From NCBI GenBank assembly GCA_963706325.1, contig CAVPLT010000002.1, forward strand, positions 128,001 through 192,000: a stretch of DNA of 64,000 nucleotides, in the 5' to 3' direction. This document shows, piece after piece, positions 19,913 to 30,981 of the stretch (its first letter is position 1; the number at the start of each line of letters is the position of its first letter). A program made the position numbers and the translations under genes. Below the pieces are notes generated by a model. That model saw nothing but the letters and a program-made list of their open reading frames with translations, was not told where the DNA came from and did no database searches. This DNA comes from an uncultured Nitrospiraceae bacterium. Lineage in GTDB: Bacteria > Nitrospirota > Nitrospiria > Nitrospirales > Nitrospiraceae.

Positions 19913-22011
19913 GCAGTCCCTCCCAGGACTGGTAACCGCACCGTCACGGTGGTTCCTTTTCCTGGAGTCCCCTGGATCGAGAGATCGCCACCCCATTGTG
20001 TCGCCCGTTCCCGCATACCAAGCAGCCCTAATGAATTGGTGTTGGCCAGCGTCGAGGCGGGAATGCCCACGCCATTGTCAGCAACTTCAAAAACCAGCCA
20101 GCCGGCTGAGATGTTCAAGCGCGTGTGGATAGTGGAAGCTTGAGCATGCCGCACTACGTTGGTGAGGATCTCCTGGTAAATCCGAAAGATGGCCGTAGCC
20201 TGGGCCGGCCCGATGGGAATCGGCACCGACGGCATCGACCACTCGCATCGTATCCCAGTTCGCTTCTCGAAATCACGTGTCTGCCAGTCGAGGGCAGCCG
20301 CGAGGCCGAGTTCATCCAGCACGCTCGGCCGCAATGCGGTCGCAATCGCGCGTACGGACTGAATAGTGCCATCCAGTTGCCGCATGGCTCCCTGGATCCG
20401 CTCCAGCATCTGCGCGCGGCTGTCGGCGGCCTCGGGAAGCGACAGTCGTCTCGCCACCCAGGACAGGTCGAGTTTCAGACTCGTCATGGCTTGTCCCAAT
20501 TCATCGTGAACTTCTCGCGCAATGCGCGCTCCTTCCTCTTCTCGCGCCGAATGCAAACGTGTCATCAAGGCCCGCAACTGGTCACGAGACTGATTGAGTT
20601 GGAGTTCCACTTGTTTGCGTTGTGTCATGTCAACCATAAGCCCGAGCAATCCACAAATGGTGCCGTCCGGATCCCGTAAGGGAGCCGTCGAGAGACTGGT
20701 GTAAACGGGGGTGCCGTCCTTCCTATAGCGCACCACTTCCAAATCCGTGAAGGCTTTGTCTTCCATCACGCGTTCTCGCAGGAACCGATGCTCATTCAAC
20801 TGTTCGGGCGCCACAGTCGGAAGCGGACGCCCCAGCACCTCCTCCTCCCGCCAACCATAGATCTTTTCGGCAGCCGGATTCCACAGACGGCAGAGGCCCT
20901 CCGCATCGAGACTCACGATTCCCACCGGCGATGCGTGGACGAGGGCGGTCAGTCGGTCATTGATCTCTCTGAGCCGCTCATCCATGGATTTCCGATCGGT
21001 GATATCCATCCAGATCCCAAGCGTCTCCTTGGGTGATCCGTCGGCAGCCCTTTGAAGTACTGCCTGGTCAAGAAACCAGCGATAGGTGCCATCGGCGACC
21101 TGCCAACGATATTCACTATTAAGCGTGCCAGTCTCAGGGAGACGCTGGAATTCTCGAAACACGCGCTCCCGGTCGTCTGGATGGAGGCGAGCCGCCCATA
21201 ACCCGGGATCTGTGAAAAATGAGGCGCCGAGAAAGCCGCTGACCTTTTCGATGTTCTGACTGACCCAGAGGGCCGCAAAATCCTCCGATGCTTTAGCAGA
21301 ATAGATGACGATCGGCAGCGCGCGCATGATCAAAGTCTCTTTCGCGAGGCTTTCCTGAAGGGCTTGCTCCGTGCGACGACGACCCGCGAGTCCTACGCGA
21401 TAGACCGTTCCCATGATCAACACGATGCCCACGGCAAGGATGCTGCCGGTTTCGGCCACTGTAATCGTCGATTGCGCAATGGCGGTCGTCCGATGGGAAT
21501 GCTCCAACAGCTGGACCTTCTCTGCCTCCCGTAGGTCGGTGATCAGAGCGCGGATCCGTTCCATGTCCTCCTGACCTTTGCCGGAGAGTAGAACATCTCT
21601 TGCCGCGGAAAATCCTCGAGATCGACGCAACTCGATCGAGTCGGCGGCGAATGCGATGCGGGATGTGACGAGACCGATGAGGGTTTCGATCTGGGGGCGC
21701 AGTTCAGGCTCGTGGGCGGTGAGGGTTTTGACATGGGCCAACCGTTCTTGAATCTTGTCTGTGGCTCGCTGGTAGGGTTCCAGAAAGGAGCTCTCGCCGG
21801 TGATGATGTAGCCTCGTTGCCCGGTTTCGATTTCTTCGACGAGAGAGAGAATGCGCTGGAGACTCCCTCTAACCTCTCGGCTGTGGACCACCTGCGCCGA
21901 ACTGGCCATAAACTCGGTCGAGCTGCGGTATGCCACGAAGCCGATCCCCAGCAGGAGAACCAACATGAGGGCGATGGCAATTTCCGTTTTTCTCTCAAGA
22001 CTTAGATGCAT
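19909..22011 (-). CDS. CHASE3-PAS-PAS sensor histidine kinase (HisKA_3)
   Basis: ETGQRGYIITG (CHASE3), two PAS domains, IAREVHDELGQ H-box, DNGVG and GLLGMRER. Confidence 0.95.
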   Translation of the reverse strand: MHLSLERKTEIAIALMLVLLLGIGFVAYRSSTEFMASSAQVVHSREVRGSLQRILSLVEEIETGQRGYIITGESSFLEPYQRATDKIQERLAHVKTLTAHEPELRPQIETLIGLVTSRIAFAADSIELRRSRGFSAARDVLLSGKGQEDMERIRALITDLREAEKVQLLEHSHRTTAIAQSTITVAETGSILAVGIVLIMGTVYRVGLAGRRRTEQALQESLAKETLIMRALPIVIYSAKASEDFAALWVSQNIEKVSGFLGASFFTDPGLWAARLHPDDRERVFREFQRLPETGTLNSEYRWQVADGTYRWFLDQAVLQRAADGSPKETLGIWMDITDRKSMDERLREINDRLTALVHASPVGIVSLDAEGLCRLWNPAAEKIYGWREEEVLGRPLPTVAPEQLNEHRFLRERVMEDKAFTDLEVVRYRKDGTPVYTSLSTAPLRDPDGTICGLLGLMVDMTQRKQVELQLNQSRDQLRALMTRLHSAREEEGARIAREVHDELGQAMTSLKLDLSWVARRLSLPEAADSRAQMLERIQGAMRQLDGTIQSVRAIATALRPSVLDELGLAAALDWQTRDFEKRTGIRCEWSMPSVPIPIGPAQATAIFRIYQEILTNVVRHAQASTIHTRLNISAGWLVFEVADNGVGIPASTLANTNSLGLLGMRERATQWGGDLSIQGTPGKGTTVTVRLPVLGGTA

Positions 22012-22864
22012 TGCGTCCGGCTGCAGCGAGCCGTCTCAAACCTCACCGATTGCAAGCAATGGCACGGCGGGACGCCATGCTATCACGCCTCTTGCACGCG
22101 ATGGGATCACTCCCTTGCGGTCAGGACGTTGACCGGCGAAATGCGGATGCGAGTCACTGAGGAGCAGAACCATGAACTCGAGACCATCATCATAGATCAA
22201 AAGCAGTCCTTTCTCCGATGCAGTCCAATGGAAGTGCATTCGGACTGGATGACGATGAGATGCTAGTGAGTTCTCCTTCCGATCGCTATCAGCATTCAAG
22301 AACTTCGTCTGTGGGACGCAGCCTACAAGGCCGTGGTCGAAGGCCTGATGGGACCGATGGCCCTTCTGCATCGTGTCCGGCGCTCGTTGCGCGAGAACGC
22401 AGTCATCAGAATGGAGAGGGGCGTCGAGGTTACGCTAGACTGCGAGCGAATCGTACACATAGATCGCGCTCATGTCTAGAACGTCGCTCGGCTTCATGGG
22501 CGGCGAGACAAGGGGGGACATTCGGTCGTTGATTCGATGACCTTTCAGCGGGTGGGCACAGGGAGTTCTCCTTCTTTGAGTTCAAGAGCGTCCTCATCGG
22601 CGTCCGGCGGGAGGCGACATGGGTCAACCCTGAGAGTCCACGTGTTCAGGTCGGCTTGATCCACCGTCAGAACAGGCGAAAGAGGAAACATCAGAAAAGG
22701 ATGGGAACATCTTTCACATGCAATGCGCGAACGCGGTCGTCCAGAGCTGAGAATGAAGCGTTCCGTGATGAAAGAGCCGAAGGCTGTGGAGTGTCCGGAG
22801 AACGGGGAATAACCAGCGACGAATCAGCAACGGGCGATGGGTATTGGTCAGCCGAACCGATGTA

Positions 22865-23974
22865 TCAGAGGGATACAGTACCAATAGGGTCCGCGCTAGT
22901 GAGCTTTTGAGCGCTCGCGTCTTCCTGATCGCAGCTCTGCATCATCATTTGACGGACCTCCGTCGGCGAAAAACGCGCGGCAGCGGCGTTGACCTGTTGA
23001 TACCAATTGAGGACCGGCTCATCGTCATTGGCTACGGCCTGTTCGTAGACAAGACGGCACAGCGTCAGGAACGCGGCATAATCACGAGACAGCCATGATG
23101 CGGCCATGTCCGGGAGGCGTTGGTTCTTGATATTGCCCCAAGACCAGGCGCGAGGAAATCCGTACTGCAGGGGGGAGACGGCTCCGCTGGTTTCGAGGAC
23201 TAGGGGGGCAAGGACATCTGCCACGGTCTGCTCTCCGCAGACTGATGCCTCTCGGACGAAGACCCGTGTCGGATGTTCGAGCAAAGCGGGAACCGTCGCG
23301 AGATCGATCTGCACATCCATGAGGTCTTGATACAACTCTCGAATTCGAACCGCCTCGAACACGGCTGCTGCGTTCTCCTCGCCATCGGGCAATGACCCAT
23401 CTAGTGTGCGAGTGGCCCTGCCGACCGGTTCAAGCGGGTGCAGTTGCAGGAGTTTCGCGCCTTGTTCCGCTGCGAATTGCGCGACCCAGTCCAGCTCATG
23501 GATGTTGTGAAACGTGAGTGTAAAGATGAAGCCGAATGGAACGCCTGAGCGACGCAACCCTTCCAACCGCTCGCACATGTCCTCAAACGCTCGCGGGGAA
23601 CCGCGCATGAAATTGTGCGAATCGGGAACACCATCGAGGCTGATTGCGACGAGGTCGCAATCAGCCGCTAAGATGTCCAGCTGCCGTTGATCGAGCAACA
23701 TCCCGTTAGTCGTGACAGTGGTGACCAGACCCGCAACATGCGCGCAGTGAAGCAGCCTGCCGAGCGCAGGATACAAGAGCGGTTCGCCACCGGACACCGA
23801 TATGACCCTGTACCCGATTGTGGCCGCATCAGCCACGACGCCACGCAGCAGCTCGATGTCCAGCTGTTCCGTCACCGCCGGTCCGGAGTCGGAATAACAA
23901 TGCAGACACTGCAGATTGCAGCGTCTGCCGGGGTGCACTTGCAACGTGGGGAATTTTCCAGCCGGCCCTTGCAT
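22865..23974 (-). CDS. Radical SAM protein (PqqE/SkfB-like core, no intact SPASM domain)
   Basis: CNLQCLHC (CxxxCxxC), SGGEP, TTNG, ISLDG; start at ATG 23974, 7 bp after the upstream stop. Confidence 0.9.
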   Translation of the reverse strand: MQGPAGKFPTLQVHPGRRCNLQCLHCYSDSGPAVTEQLDIELLRGVVADAATIGYRVISVSGGEPLLYPALGRLLHCAHVAGLVTTVTTNGMLLDQRQLDILAADCDLVAISLDGVPDSHNFMRGSPRAFEDMCERLEGLRRSGVPFGFIFTLTFHNIHELDWVAQFAAEQGAKLLQLHPLEPVGRATRTLDGSLPDGEENAAAVFEAVRIRELYQDLMDVQIDLATVPALLEHPTRVFVREASVCGEQTVADVLAPLVLETSGAVSPLQYGFPRAWSWGNIKNQRLPDMAASWLSRDYAAFLTLCRLVYEQAVANDDEPVLNWYQQVNAAAARFSPTEVRQMMMQSCDQEDASAQKLTSADPIGTVSL

Positions 23975-23981
23975 GAAATGT

Positions 23982-24257
23982 CTATCCTCGTAACGTGAAC
24001 TTGATCTGAGCGATGTTAGGACGCGGAGTGCCATGGATCAAGATATTCAGGTCGCGCAATTCCTTCAACTTCGTCAAGGCCGCCACGTTGGCTTTGAAGT
24101 TCGCCACGCCGGTTTGCACGGTTCCGGTGATCACGTCCGGATGGGGAGTGCCAAGCTCGTGCCAATCGATGATCTTGACACCCTTCAGTTTACTCTTGAT
24201 CGCTGTTGCTGCCGTTCCGATCTTCGCTGACCCACGCCCGCTTGGTTGCTTCGGCAT
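23982..24257 (-). CDS. 91-aa basic protein with duplicated GTPxP motif; putative radical SAM substrate or partner
   Basis: AAGGAGG RBS before ATG 24257; DWHELGTPHPD and LIHGTPRPN repeats. Confidence 0.75.
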   Translation of the reverse strand: MPKQPSGRGSAKIGTAATAIKSKLKGVKIIDWHELGTPHPDVITGTVQTGVANFKANVAALTKLKELRDLNILIHGTPRPNIAQIKFTLRG

Positions 24258-24572
24258 CAGAAACCTCCTTGTGTGTGTAATACCTGTCCACGCTGATCCG
24301 CTTGTCAGCGGTCCGAGGCACCATACCTCTTCCTGATTCAAACGACAAGTATTTCCGCTCACCAGCAGAAGGAGTGACGGAACACTCCTTAGGGGGGCGA
24401 CGTTCTCATATACGTAATCATAACATCGGTGATGGCGTTCGCGGCGGTTTGTCCCGCCTCGCTCATGCAAAAAAATGCGGCATCGTATAGCCACACTCGT
24501 AAAACAAGGAGGCAAGAGATCAGCAGTGGACGGGTTGGTTGAATCAGAGACCGACGAACCGACGCAGATCGA

Positions 24573-25352
24573 TTACGGCTCGATCTGCTTACCCCAATGC
24601 TTCAAGAACGGAGCAATGGTATCGATTGGAATTGGGAAGATGGTGGTGGAGTTTTTTTCTGCCGCAATCTCAACCAACGTCTGCAGATAGCGGAGCTGCA
24701 GCGCAGCAGGGTTACGACTGATGACGTCGGCGGCGTCCGCCAGGCGCCGGGAGGCTTCGAATTCACCTTCGGCATGGATGACCTTCGCGCGACGTTCGCG
24801 CTCCGCTTCCGCTTGACGCGCGATGGCTCGTTGCATTTCCTGCGGCAGGTCCACGTTCTTCACTTCCACCGCGCTGACCTTGATTCCCCAGGGCTCCGTC
24901 TGTTGATCGATGATGCGTTGAAGGTCGGCGTTGATCTGTTCCCGTTTCGAGAGCAAATCGTCGAGCTGGCTCTGTCCGAGCACGCTGCGAAGCGTTGTCT
25001 GCGACATCATGGAGGTGGCGTAGAGGTAGTCTTCGACTTGGATGATGGCCCGCTCGGGATCCACCACCCGGAAATAGATGACGGCGTTCACCTTGACGGT
25101 GACGTTGTCTCTCGTGATGACGTCCTGATGCGGCACGTCCATCGTCACAGTTCGCAAGCTGACGCGCACAAGCTTGTCGATGAACGGGATGATGACCACG
25201 ACACCGGGACCGTTCCCACCGACGAGTCCACGGGCCAGCCTGCCCCATCGGAAGATCACGCCCCGTTCGTATTCCCGGAGGACGTTGAACCCCATCAGGA
25301 AGAGCACCATCACGAGAAACAGGAGCGCAAACGGACTCGCGAGCGGACCCAT
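24573..25352 (-). CDS. SPFH/stomatin (slipin) family protein
   Basis: [37 protein letters not shown]. Confidence 0.95.
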   Translation of the reverse strand: MGPLASPFALLFLVMVLFLMGFNVLREYERGVIFRWGRLARGLVGGNGPGVVVIIPFIDKLVRVSLRTVTMDVPHQDVITRDNVTVKVNAVIYFRVVDPERAIIQVEDYLYATSMMSQTTLRSVLGQSQLDDLLSKREQINADLQRIIDQQTEPWGIKVSAVEVKNVDLPQEMQRAIARQAEAERERRAKVIHAEGEFEASRRLADAADVISRNPAALQLRYLQTLVEIAAEKNSTTIFPIPIDTIAPFLKHWGKQIEP

Positions 25353-25353
25353 A

Positions 25354-26685
25354 TCAGACCCCTTTCTTCGGCACGGGTTTCACATGCAAACGTAAACCAT
25401 CGAGACGCGTGACTTCGGCTTCGTCGCCTGGCTGGAGCGGTTGCTCGCTGATGGCCTCCCAGAGTTCGCCTCGGACGGCCAGTTGACCCTGGGGAGTCAG
25501 CGCTGTTTTGACGATCCCCACCAGACCGACCATTTCTTCGCGGCCGGTCACCGGCGGGCGCCGCATCGCCTTCACTCCCATTCCGACCATTAAGAAGGAA
25601 AAGGCGGCGGCGAGTGCGACGACCGGCAGGATGACCGACCAGGAAATTTGTAGAAACTCCACATCGGTTTTGATCAGCATCACCGATCCGAGGAGCATCG
25701 AGATGATCCCGCCGATGGCCAGCAAGCCGAAGCTCGTGATGGTGGCTTCCAGGATGAGGAAGACGATTCCGAGGAGAAACAACAGCACGCCCGCGTAGTT
25801 CACCGGCAGCGACTGTAAGGAATAAAACGCCAGAATCAGGCTGATGGCGCCGACCATGCCGGGCAGAATCGCTCCTGGGTTATATAGCTCGGCAATGATT
25901 CCGACGGTGCCGATCGTCATGAGCAAATAGGCGATGTTCGGATCGCTGAGCGTTTTGAGGAATTCCAGACGAAGGCTCATGGGAAATTCGCGCAATCTCG
26001 CGCTCGCGGTGTGCAGCACCTTCGCGCCGGTTGAGAGAGGGATTGAACGGCCGTCGAGCTGCTTCAGCAGCGCCGGAAGATCGTCGGCAATTATGTCGAT
26101 GATGTTCAGCTTCAGCGCTTCCCGTTCCGTCACGGAGAGGCTCTTGCGCACGGCATCCTCTGCCCAGGCTACGTTACGTCCACGCTGCTCGGCGATTGTT
26201 TTGATGTAGGCCACAGAATCGTTTTCCACTTTCTCCTTCATCGTTTTATCCATCTCGGCGCCGCCCATCACGACCGGGTGGGCCGCGCCGATGTTTGTGC
26301 CGGGAGCCATCGCCGCCACATGTGCCGCCATGGTGAGAAATACGCCGGCAGAGGCGGCCCGTCCGCTGGGCGGCGACACATAGACGACCACTGGAATGGT
26401 TGAGGCGGTGATGTCCTTGATCATGAGCCGCATGGAGGTATCGAGGCCGCCGGGCGTATTCAGGCGGAGAATCAACGCCTCGGCGTCGCCCTCTTGAGCG
26501 GACTGGAGCGCATCGTGGAAGTATTCAGCGGAGACGGGGGTAATGACCCCGTCGTACGTAGCAACCAATAGGAATGAGTCGGCTCGCGCGTCAGTAGGGT
26601 CTCCGAACAGAGCGGTGAGAAACGCAATCGTTACGATGCTGAGGTGGAAGACTGATAGCTGAGGACGATGTCTCGGGACAGGCAT
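25354..26685 (-). CDS. nfeD: NfeD family membrane-bound serine protease
   Basis: [25 protein letters not shown]-terminal OB domain (VRGELWEA); adjacent to the SPFH gene. Confidence 0.9.
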   Translation of the reverse strand: MPVPRHRPQLSVFHLSIVTIAFLTALFGDPTDARADSFLLVATYDGVITPVSAEYFHDALQSAQEGDAEALILRLNTPGGLDTSMRLMIKDITASTIPVVVYVSPPSGRAASAGVFLTMAAHVAAMAPGTNIGAAHPVVMGGAEMDKTMKEKVENDSVAYIKTIAEQRGRNVAWAEDAVRKSLSVTEREALKLNIIDIIADDLPALLKQLDGRSIPLSTGAKVLHTASARLREFPMSLRLEFLKTLSDPNIAYLLMTIGTVGIIAELYNPGAILPGMVGAISLILAFYSLQSLPVNYAGVLLFLLGIVFLILEATITSFGLLAIGGIISMLLGSVMLIKTDVEFLQISWSVILPVVALAAAFSFLMVGMGVKAMRRPPVTGREEMVGLVGIVKTALTPQGQLAVRGELWEAISEQPLQPGDEAEVTRLDGLRLHVKPVPKKGV

Positions 26686-26825
26686 GGAAGTGTCTCTCCC
26701 ACAAGACCGAGGCTTAGAGTGGCGGCCGTAGGAGGTCAGCATACGAGCTGCCCTAGAGCCAGTCAAGGAAGCGAGGAGAGGCTGATAAGTGGCGTCGAAC
26801 GAACTGAAGTCAGTGGGGGCCGGTC

Positions 26826-27101
26826 CTAGCTGGGGCGAACATCGTACAAGACCCAGACGCCGATGGCGACGAATCCAATGCCCGCTATGAGTTTCAGCAT
26901 CCGCGGCGAGACATACTGAGAGAGCTGCGCGCCCACCAGCACGGCAATGAGACTGGAGAGCACAAGGGCCGCAGATGAAGCTGCAAATACGCCGAGTTTA
27001 CTGACGCGTGGATCTGCCGCAAACAAGAGTGTGGCCAGTTGGGTCTTGTCTCCCAACTCAGCCAGAAAGACGGTCACAAAAATCGGCCAGAGCGTCAGCA
27101 T
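26826..27101 (-). CDS. TMEM165/GDT1 (UPF0016) family protein, single repeat
   Basis: FLAELGDKTQLA motif. Confidence 0.9.
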   Translation of the reverse strand: MLTLWPIFVTVFLAELGDKTQLATLLFAADPRVSKLGVFAASSAALVLSSLIAVLVGAQLSQYVSPRMLKLIAGIGFVAIGVWVLYDVRPS

Positions 27102-27165
27102 CGAGGAAGCTCCTTGTATCATGTGGGGGTTGAGGAAAAAGGTCGCCACCAGGTTCGGTGTTTGG

Positions 27166-27390
27166 TCACGACAATTTCTGCACAACGAAGGGCGCGAGGT
27201 AGTAGGCCAAGATGGATATGATCACGCCGACCACCACCCCGAGCAAGCCGCCCGCAAAGAGCCCAACGAAGGGCAGGAAGAAGACGACGAGAATCATGCC
27301 CACGGCGAGGAGCTTGTGACGAGCATAGAAGCCTGCGCGTTGTGCACTGGTGAGCGAGTCGGTGAAGGATAGGTCTGAAGACAGATCCAT
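27166..27390 (-). CDS. Small hypothetical membrane protein
   Basis: 74 aa with two hydrophobic segments. Confidence 0.55.
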   Translation of the reverse strand: MDLSSDLSFTDSLTSAQRAGFYARHKLLAVGMILVVFFLPFVGLFAGGLLGVVVGVIISILAYYLAPFVVQKLS

Positions 27391-27582
27391 GACGGCAGTA
27401 TAGTACAAAACTCGGGCAGGAGTTTCAGAAAGTGCTGGAAGAAAAACTCCACGCTCCTGGCGGTTGTCTTTCCTCCCCTTCATCGCAATGTTTCCTGGTA
27501 GTAGTAGGGAGGCGGCTAGTTACCTTTGGAATGAGACATCTTGAGCCGTGCAAGGCATTCGAATGCAGGTTCATGATACCTC

Positions 27583-28990
27583 TCACGACGCGACTTTTTC
27601 GAAATCGGATGAATCCGCGTTCGACATTCGTGCTTAGAAGTCCGACTCGCATCATTGTCTCCCACATCAAGGCCGTGGCCGCTTGCCAGTTTTCCTTGGA
27701 CCGGAGGGTCCAAGAGCCGTACCCACGTGCGCTTGTCGGACGCGCCGGTGACAATGGCGTCAAACCGCTCGCCAATTCGCGGTTCCACAACAGCGCCGTG
27801 GCTGATTTTCTCAGTGGTCGTTCGACTCGTTCCGCATCCGTCTTCCTTCTCCGTGCAGCGTCCCGCAAGATACTCCAGTTCGTCCGGACGATAGGGTAGT
27901 GGCGCTCCAGAAAGGGCTGCTTTAGTCAGTCGTTGCGTGATCAGATCTGGAAAACGCCGGTTAGGAGCCGTGGAATGGGTTTAGTCTTTGACCGCCAAAC
28001 CGGAATGTTCAGGCGCGCCGTCCTTCGACTGATCGAGGACGTATTCTCCCCGGCCGATGAGTTTCACAATTGCCAAGGAGAGATCAGGAAATCTGACTGG
28101 GTCGGCTTTGTGACGGGTGACGAGAAAGGATTCGAGCGCCCGCGCGTTGGCCTCGGCCGGTAAAATTTCGCCCCAGCGTGCCGCCATCTCGACGATCCGC
28201 TGCCATCGATCAGGTGAACGCAGAATGCGACGAAATGAAGGCACGTCGTGGCTCTTCAGATATGCCGAGGTCGCCTGATTGGCCGCGATCATAAAATCTT
28301 CGATCAATTCCTTCGCGCGATTCTTGTGCTGACCTTGAGAGCCGTCAGCACGTCGCCTTCAAAGACGGCCCGTGGTTCAATCGTTTCAAGACCCAGGGCG
28401 CCCTGTTGATGTCGTCGAGTTTTGAGCCGCTGCGACATGGTCCTGGAGGCGGAGTTGCGCATCGAGACCGGATAAGGCCTTGACTCGCTCCGGCACAGGC
28501 CCCGTTCCCGTGAGCCAAGCGGCCAGGCTGTTGTAGGCCAGCTTCGCATGGTTGTGGACAAGCGCTCGAAAGAGCGAGGATCCGGGGACTGCGCCATCCT
28601 CCGCGACAACGAACTCCACCACGATGGCCAGACGGTCCTGCCCTTCGCCGAGGGATGTCAGGTCCGTCGAGAGCTTCTCCGGGAGCCGGGGGAAGATTTC
28701 GCCGGACGTGTAGACCGACGTTGTATTATGTCGAGCGTGCACATTCAGGGCAGAATCCTTTGGCGACCAACGCATCTACATCAGCAATCGCAACCAGGAT
28801 GCTTGCAGAGCGGTCAGAATGTGGCGTGGCGACCGTGAGCTGGTCGAGATCGCAGGAATCATCATTGTCAATCGAAGGCCAGAGCAGTTGTGTCAGATCA
28901 CGTACCTGAGGCGATAGGTCGATTGCTGGGGTCGTGATGCGGGCCAACTCGGCCGATGGTCTAAGAGCTCCGCCGCAGGCCGTGCGGCCA
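27583..28990 (-). pseudogene. RNB-domain ribonuclease (RNase II/R-like) pseudogene
   Basis: Motifs SIDNDDSCDLDQ, VAIADV, IEDFMIAAN and THSTAPNRRFPDL are spread over several frames, with an in-frame stop at 27981; 5' end approximate. Confidence 0.85.
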
Positions 28991-29163
28991 GAATTAAGAG
29001 TGCCAGCGAGGCTTTATCACTGTGTGGGTGAATGCGAAGAGAGCCTGGGCGATGGTTTGCGTAGAACGAAACACTCAGGAGACCTATTATCGGAAACAGT
29101 AGATGTCCTCAGAGCCTCCTGAACAGCGGTTCGACCCTCTGCCTATGTGCGCAACTAGCTGTC

Positions 29164-30666
29164 TCACTGTTCGGATGGTCCCTGATTCTGAAGGTGTGTT
29201 TCCATTGCGACCTGGACTCGATCAGCAATGCGGTCGGCAAGGAGTTGATGCGCAAGCTCATTGGGGTGTGAGTCAAGCATATTTACAATGAGGTCTTTGT
29301 ATGCATGGCCCGAGAAAACCTCTGGGCCTGCAGGCCAGATCGGCAATCCATGAGCAGTGGCTGCCTTAACGAAATGATTGTAGTCACTGCCAACATCCTT
29401 GCTCGCTACCACCCCGATATTGAAAGGCACAATCGTGACAAGGGTACTGGACGTGGACGCCAGAGATACAAATCGGTCTAGGTCACGAAAGTGCTCATTC
29501 AAAAGTGCATTGTTTTCATATGGATTACTGAGCTCTGGCGACGGAGCATACGTCAACAGCCTAAGTCGAACGTAGATGCTCTGAAATAGAAAAGAATTCT
29601 TGAACAGAATACGAACTGGACTTATCGCTGCAAAAAAAGAAGTTGCATGCTCACTTTGACCTTCACGAGGCGTCACTTGAGCTAGATAATCGATGTCGTT
29701 AAAAGCGTAGAGAAGAACGGTTATGTTTGGCTTGAGCTCTTGCATGGTTTTCAGAAACTCGATGTGAGTCAAGGTATGCGTGTCGCCTAAACTGGCATTC
29801 AGTGATGTCCACTCAACTCCTTTCAGTTGGTGTAACCGCTTAGCAACTTGCTCTCCAAAGCGATCTTTTGTGTGGGGCAACCCCCATCCGAAAGCCAGCG
29901 AGTCGCCCACCACCAGCAGTCGTTGGTGGCCGACGGAAGCGAGGCGGCCATGCTCAGCATCGCGAAATCCCGCCTGATTCAATGAGACGAATTTGCGTGT
30001 CCACAGTGCCGTTGTGTAGGTGGGATAGCCTTGTGACTGTGGCGCCACAATGGCGAACAGGCGGATCCCGCCTTCGATTGACACCAGGAGAACGGCTGTG
30101 ACCCAGACCGCCAGAATGATCGCACCTGCTTTCGAAGTACGCCCACGAGGCACCACCAACTCGGCGAGACCAAGTGTGGCTACCAGCAATGCGGCCCATA
30201 ACACAAGTGCCGCGAGAGGGTGCGATGAACCGAACAGGTTCAGGTCAGCTATTTGGCCCCAATTTCTCGATGCATCCAAGCCGTTTAGAACGTATCCAGT
30301 TCCCCACATCAGAACACCAAAGTCAAAGCACACAGATGCAATCGAGGGTTGATACGTATCAAAGCTAAGCCGCCTGCTACGAATCCAGGCATTCGCAACG
30401 ACCATCAAAAATAGTGCGCCTGAGATAACGATAAGTACCAGGTAAGGCCAGGACCATAAGCCGAATACGTCTCTATTCTGCGATCGGTACGCGAGACTGC
30501 CGAAGAAAAAGAGGCCCAGCCCTATGACTCTCGCGGCATGGGCACGAACCGATGCTTCCAGAATGACTGAGCCTGCGGAAACGCCGGACGGTTCACTTTG
30601 AATGTGAACGTGGTTTGCACCACTATCATTGCAGCTCTGCTTCGTTAGCGTCTGTAAAGTTTCCAC
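29164..30666 (-). CDS. Membrane-anchored SGNH/GDSL hydrolase-like protein
   Basis: N-terminal TM helices, NQAGFRD, VVGDSLAFGWG, NDI, DSHPN. Confidence 0.8.
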   Translation of the reverse strand: METLQTLTKQSCNDSGANHVHIQSEPSGVSAGSVILEASVRAHAARVIGLGLFFFGSLAYRSQNRDVFGLWSWPYLVLIVISGALFLMVVANAWIRSRRLSFDTYQPSIASVCFDFGVLMWGTGYVLNGLDASRNWGQIADLNLFGSSHPLAALVLWAALLVATLGLAELVVPRGRTSKAGAIILAVWVTAVLLVSIEGGIRLFAIVAPQSQGYPTYTTALWTRKFVSLNQAGFRDAEHGRLASVGHQRLLVVGDSLAFGWGLPHTKDRFGEQVAKRLHQLKGVEWTSLNASLGDTHTLTHIEFLKTMQELKPNITVLLYAFNDIDYLAQVTPREGQSEHATSFFAAISPVRILFKNSFLFQSIYVRLRLLTYAPSPELSNPYENNALLNEHFRDLDRFVSLASTSSTLVTIVPFNIGVVASKDVGSDYNHFVKAATAHGLPIWPAGPEVFSGHAYKDLIVNMLDSHPNELAHQLLADRIADRVQVAMETHLQNQGPSEQ

Positions 30667-30773
30667 GAGCGATTGTTCTCCGAGTTGAATTGTAATGGTT
30701 AGATGAATAGTCTACCCACCGCGGCAGGGCGCATGCGCTCGTACTCTGTGAACAACGGCGTGCCCTCCATCCG

Positions 30774-30953
30774 TTAGAACACAGAATAAATCGCTGGAGC
30801 GAGTACACTTCCTTCAAGGAAAAATGCCAGGGCACTCAATGCCAGCAAGACAAAAATGACCGGCGCAAGCCAATAAGACTTCTTTTCCTTCAGATACGTG
30901 GAAAATTCTGTGATCAGGCTATAGTAATCGTGCACTCGTGTAATCGTATTCAT
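30774..30953 (-). CDS. DUF5989-like small membrane protein
   Basis: 59 aa, KKSYWLAPVIFVLL...APAIYSVF pattern; AAGGAGG RBS. Confidence 0.8.
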   Translation of the reverse strand: MNTITRVHDYYSLITEFSTYLKEKKSYWLAPVIFVLLALSALAFFLEGSVLAPAIYSVF

Positions 30954-30981
30954 TTGGCCCTCCTTGTCGGCTATTGGTTCA

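Noticed and set aside
22036..22860. ORFs downstream of the radical SAM gene as extra precursor or transporter
   Set aside because: None looks protein-like or shares the GTPxP motif.
23982..24515. 177-aa version of the rSAM partner ORF
   Set aside because: The strong RBS sits before ATG 24257; the upstream extension looks non-coding.
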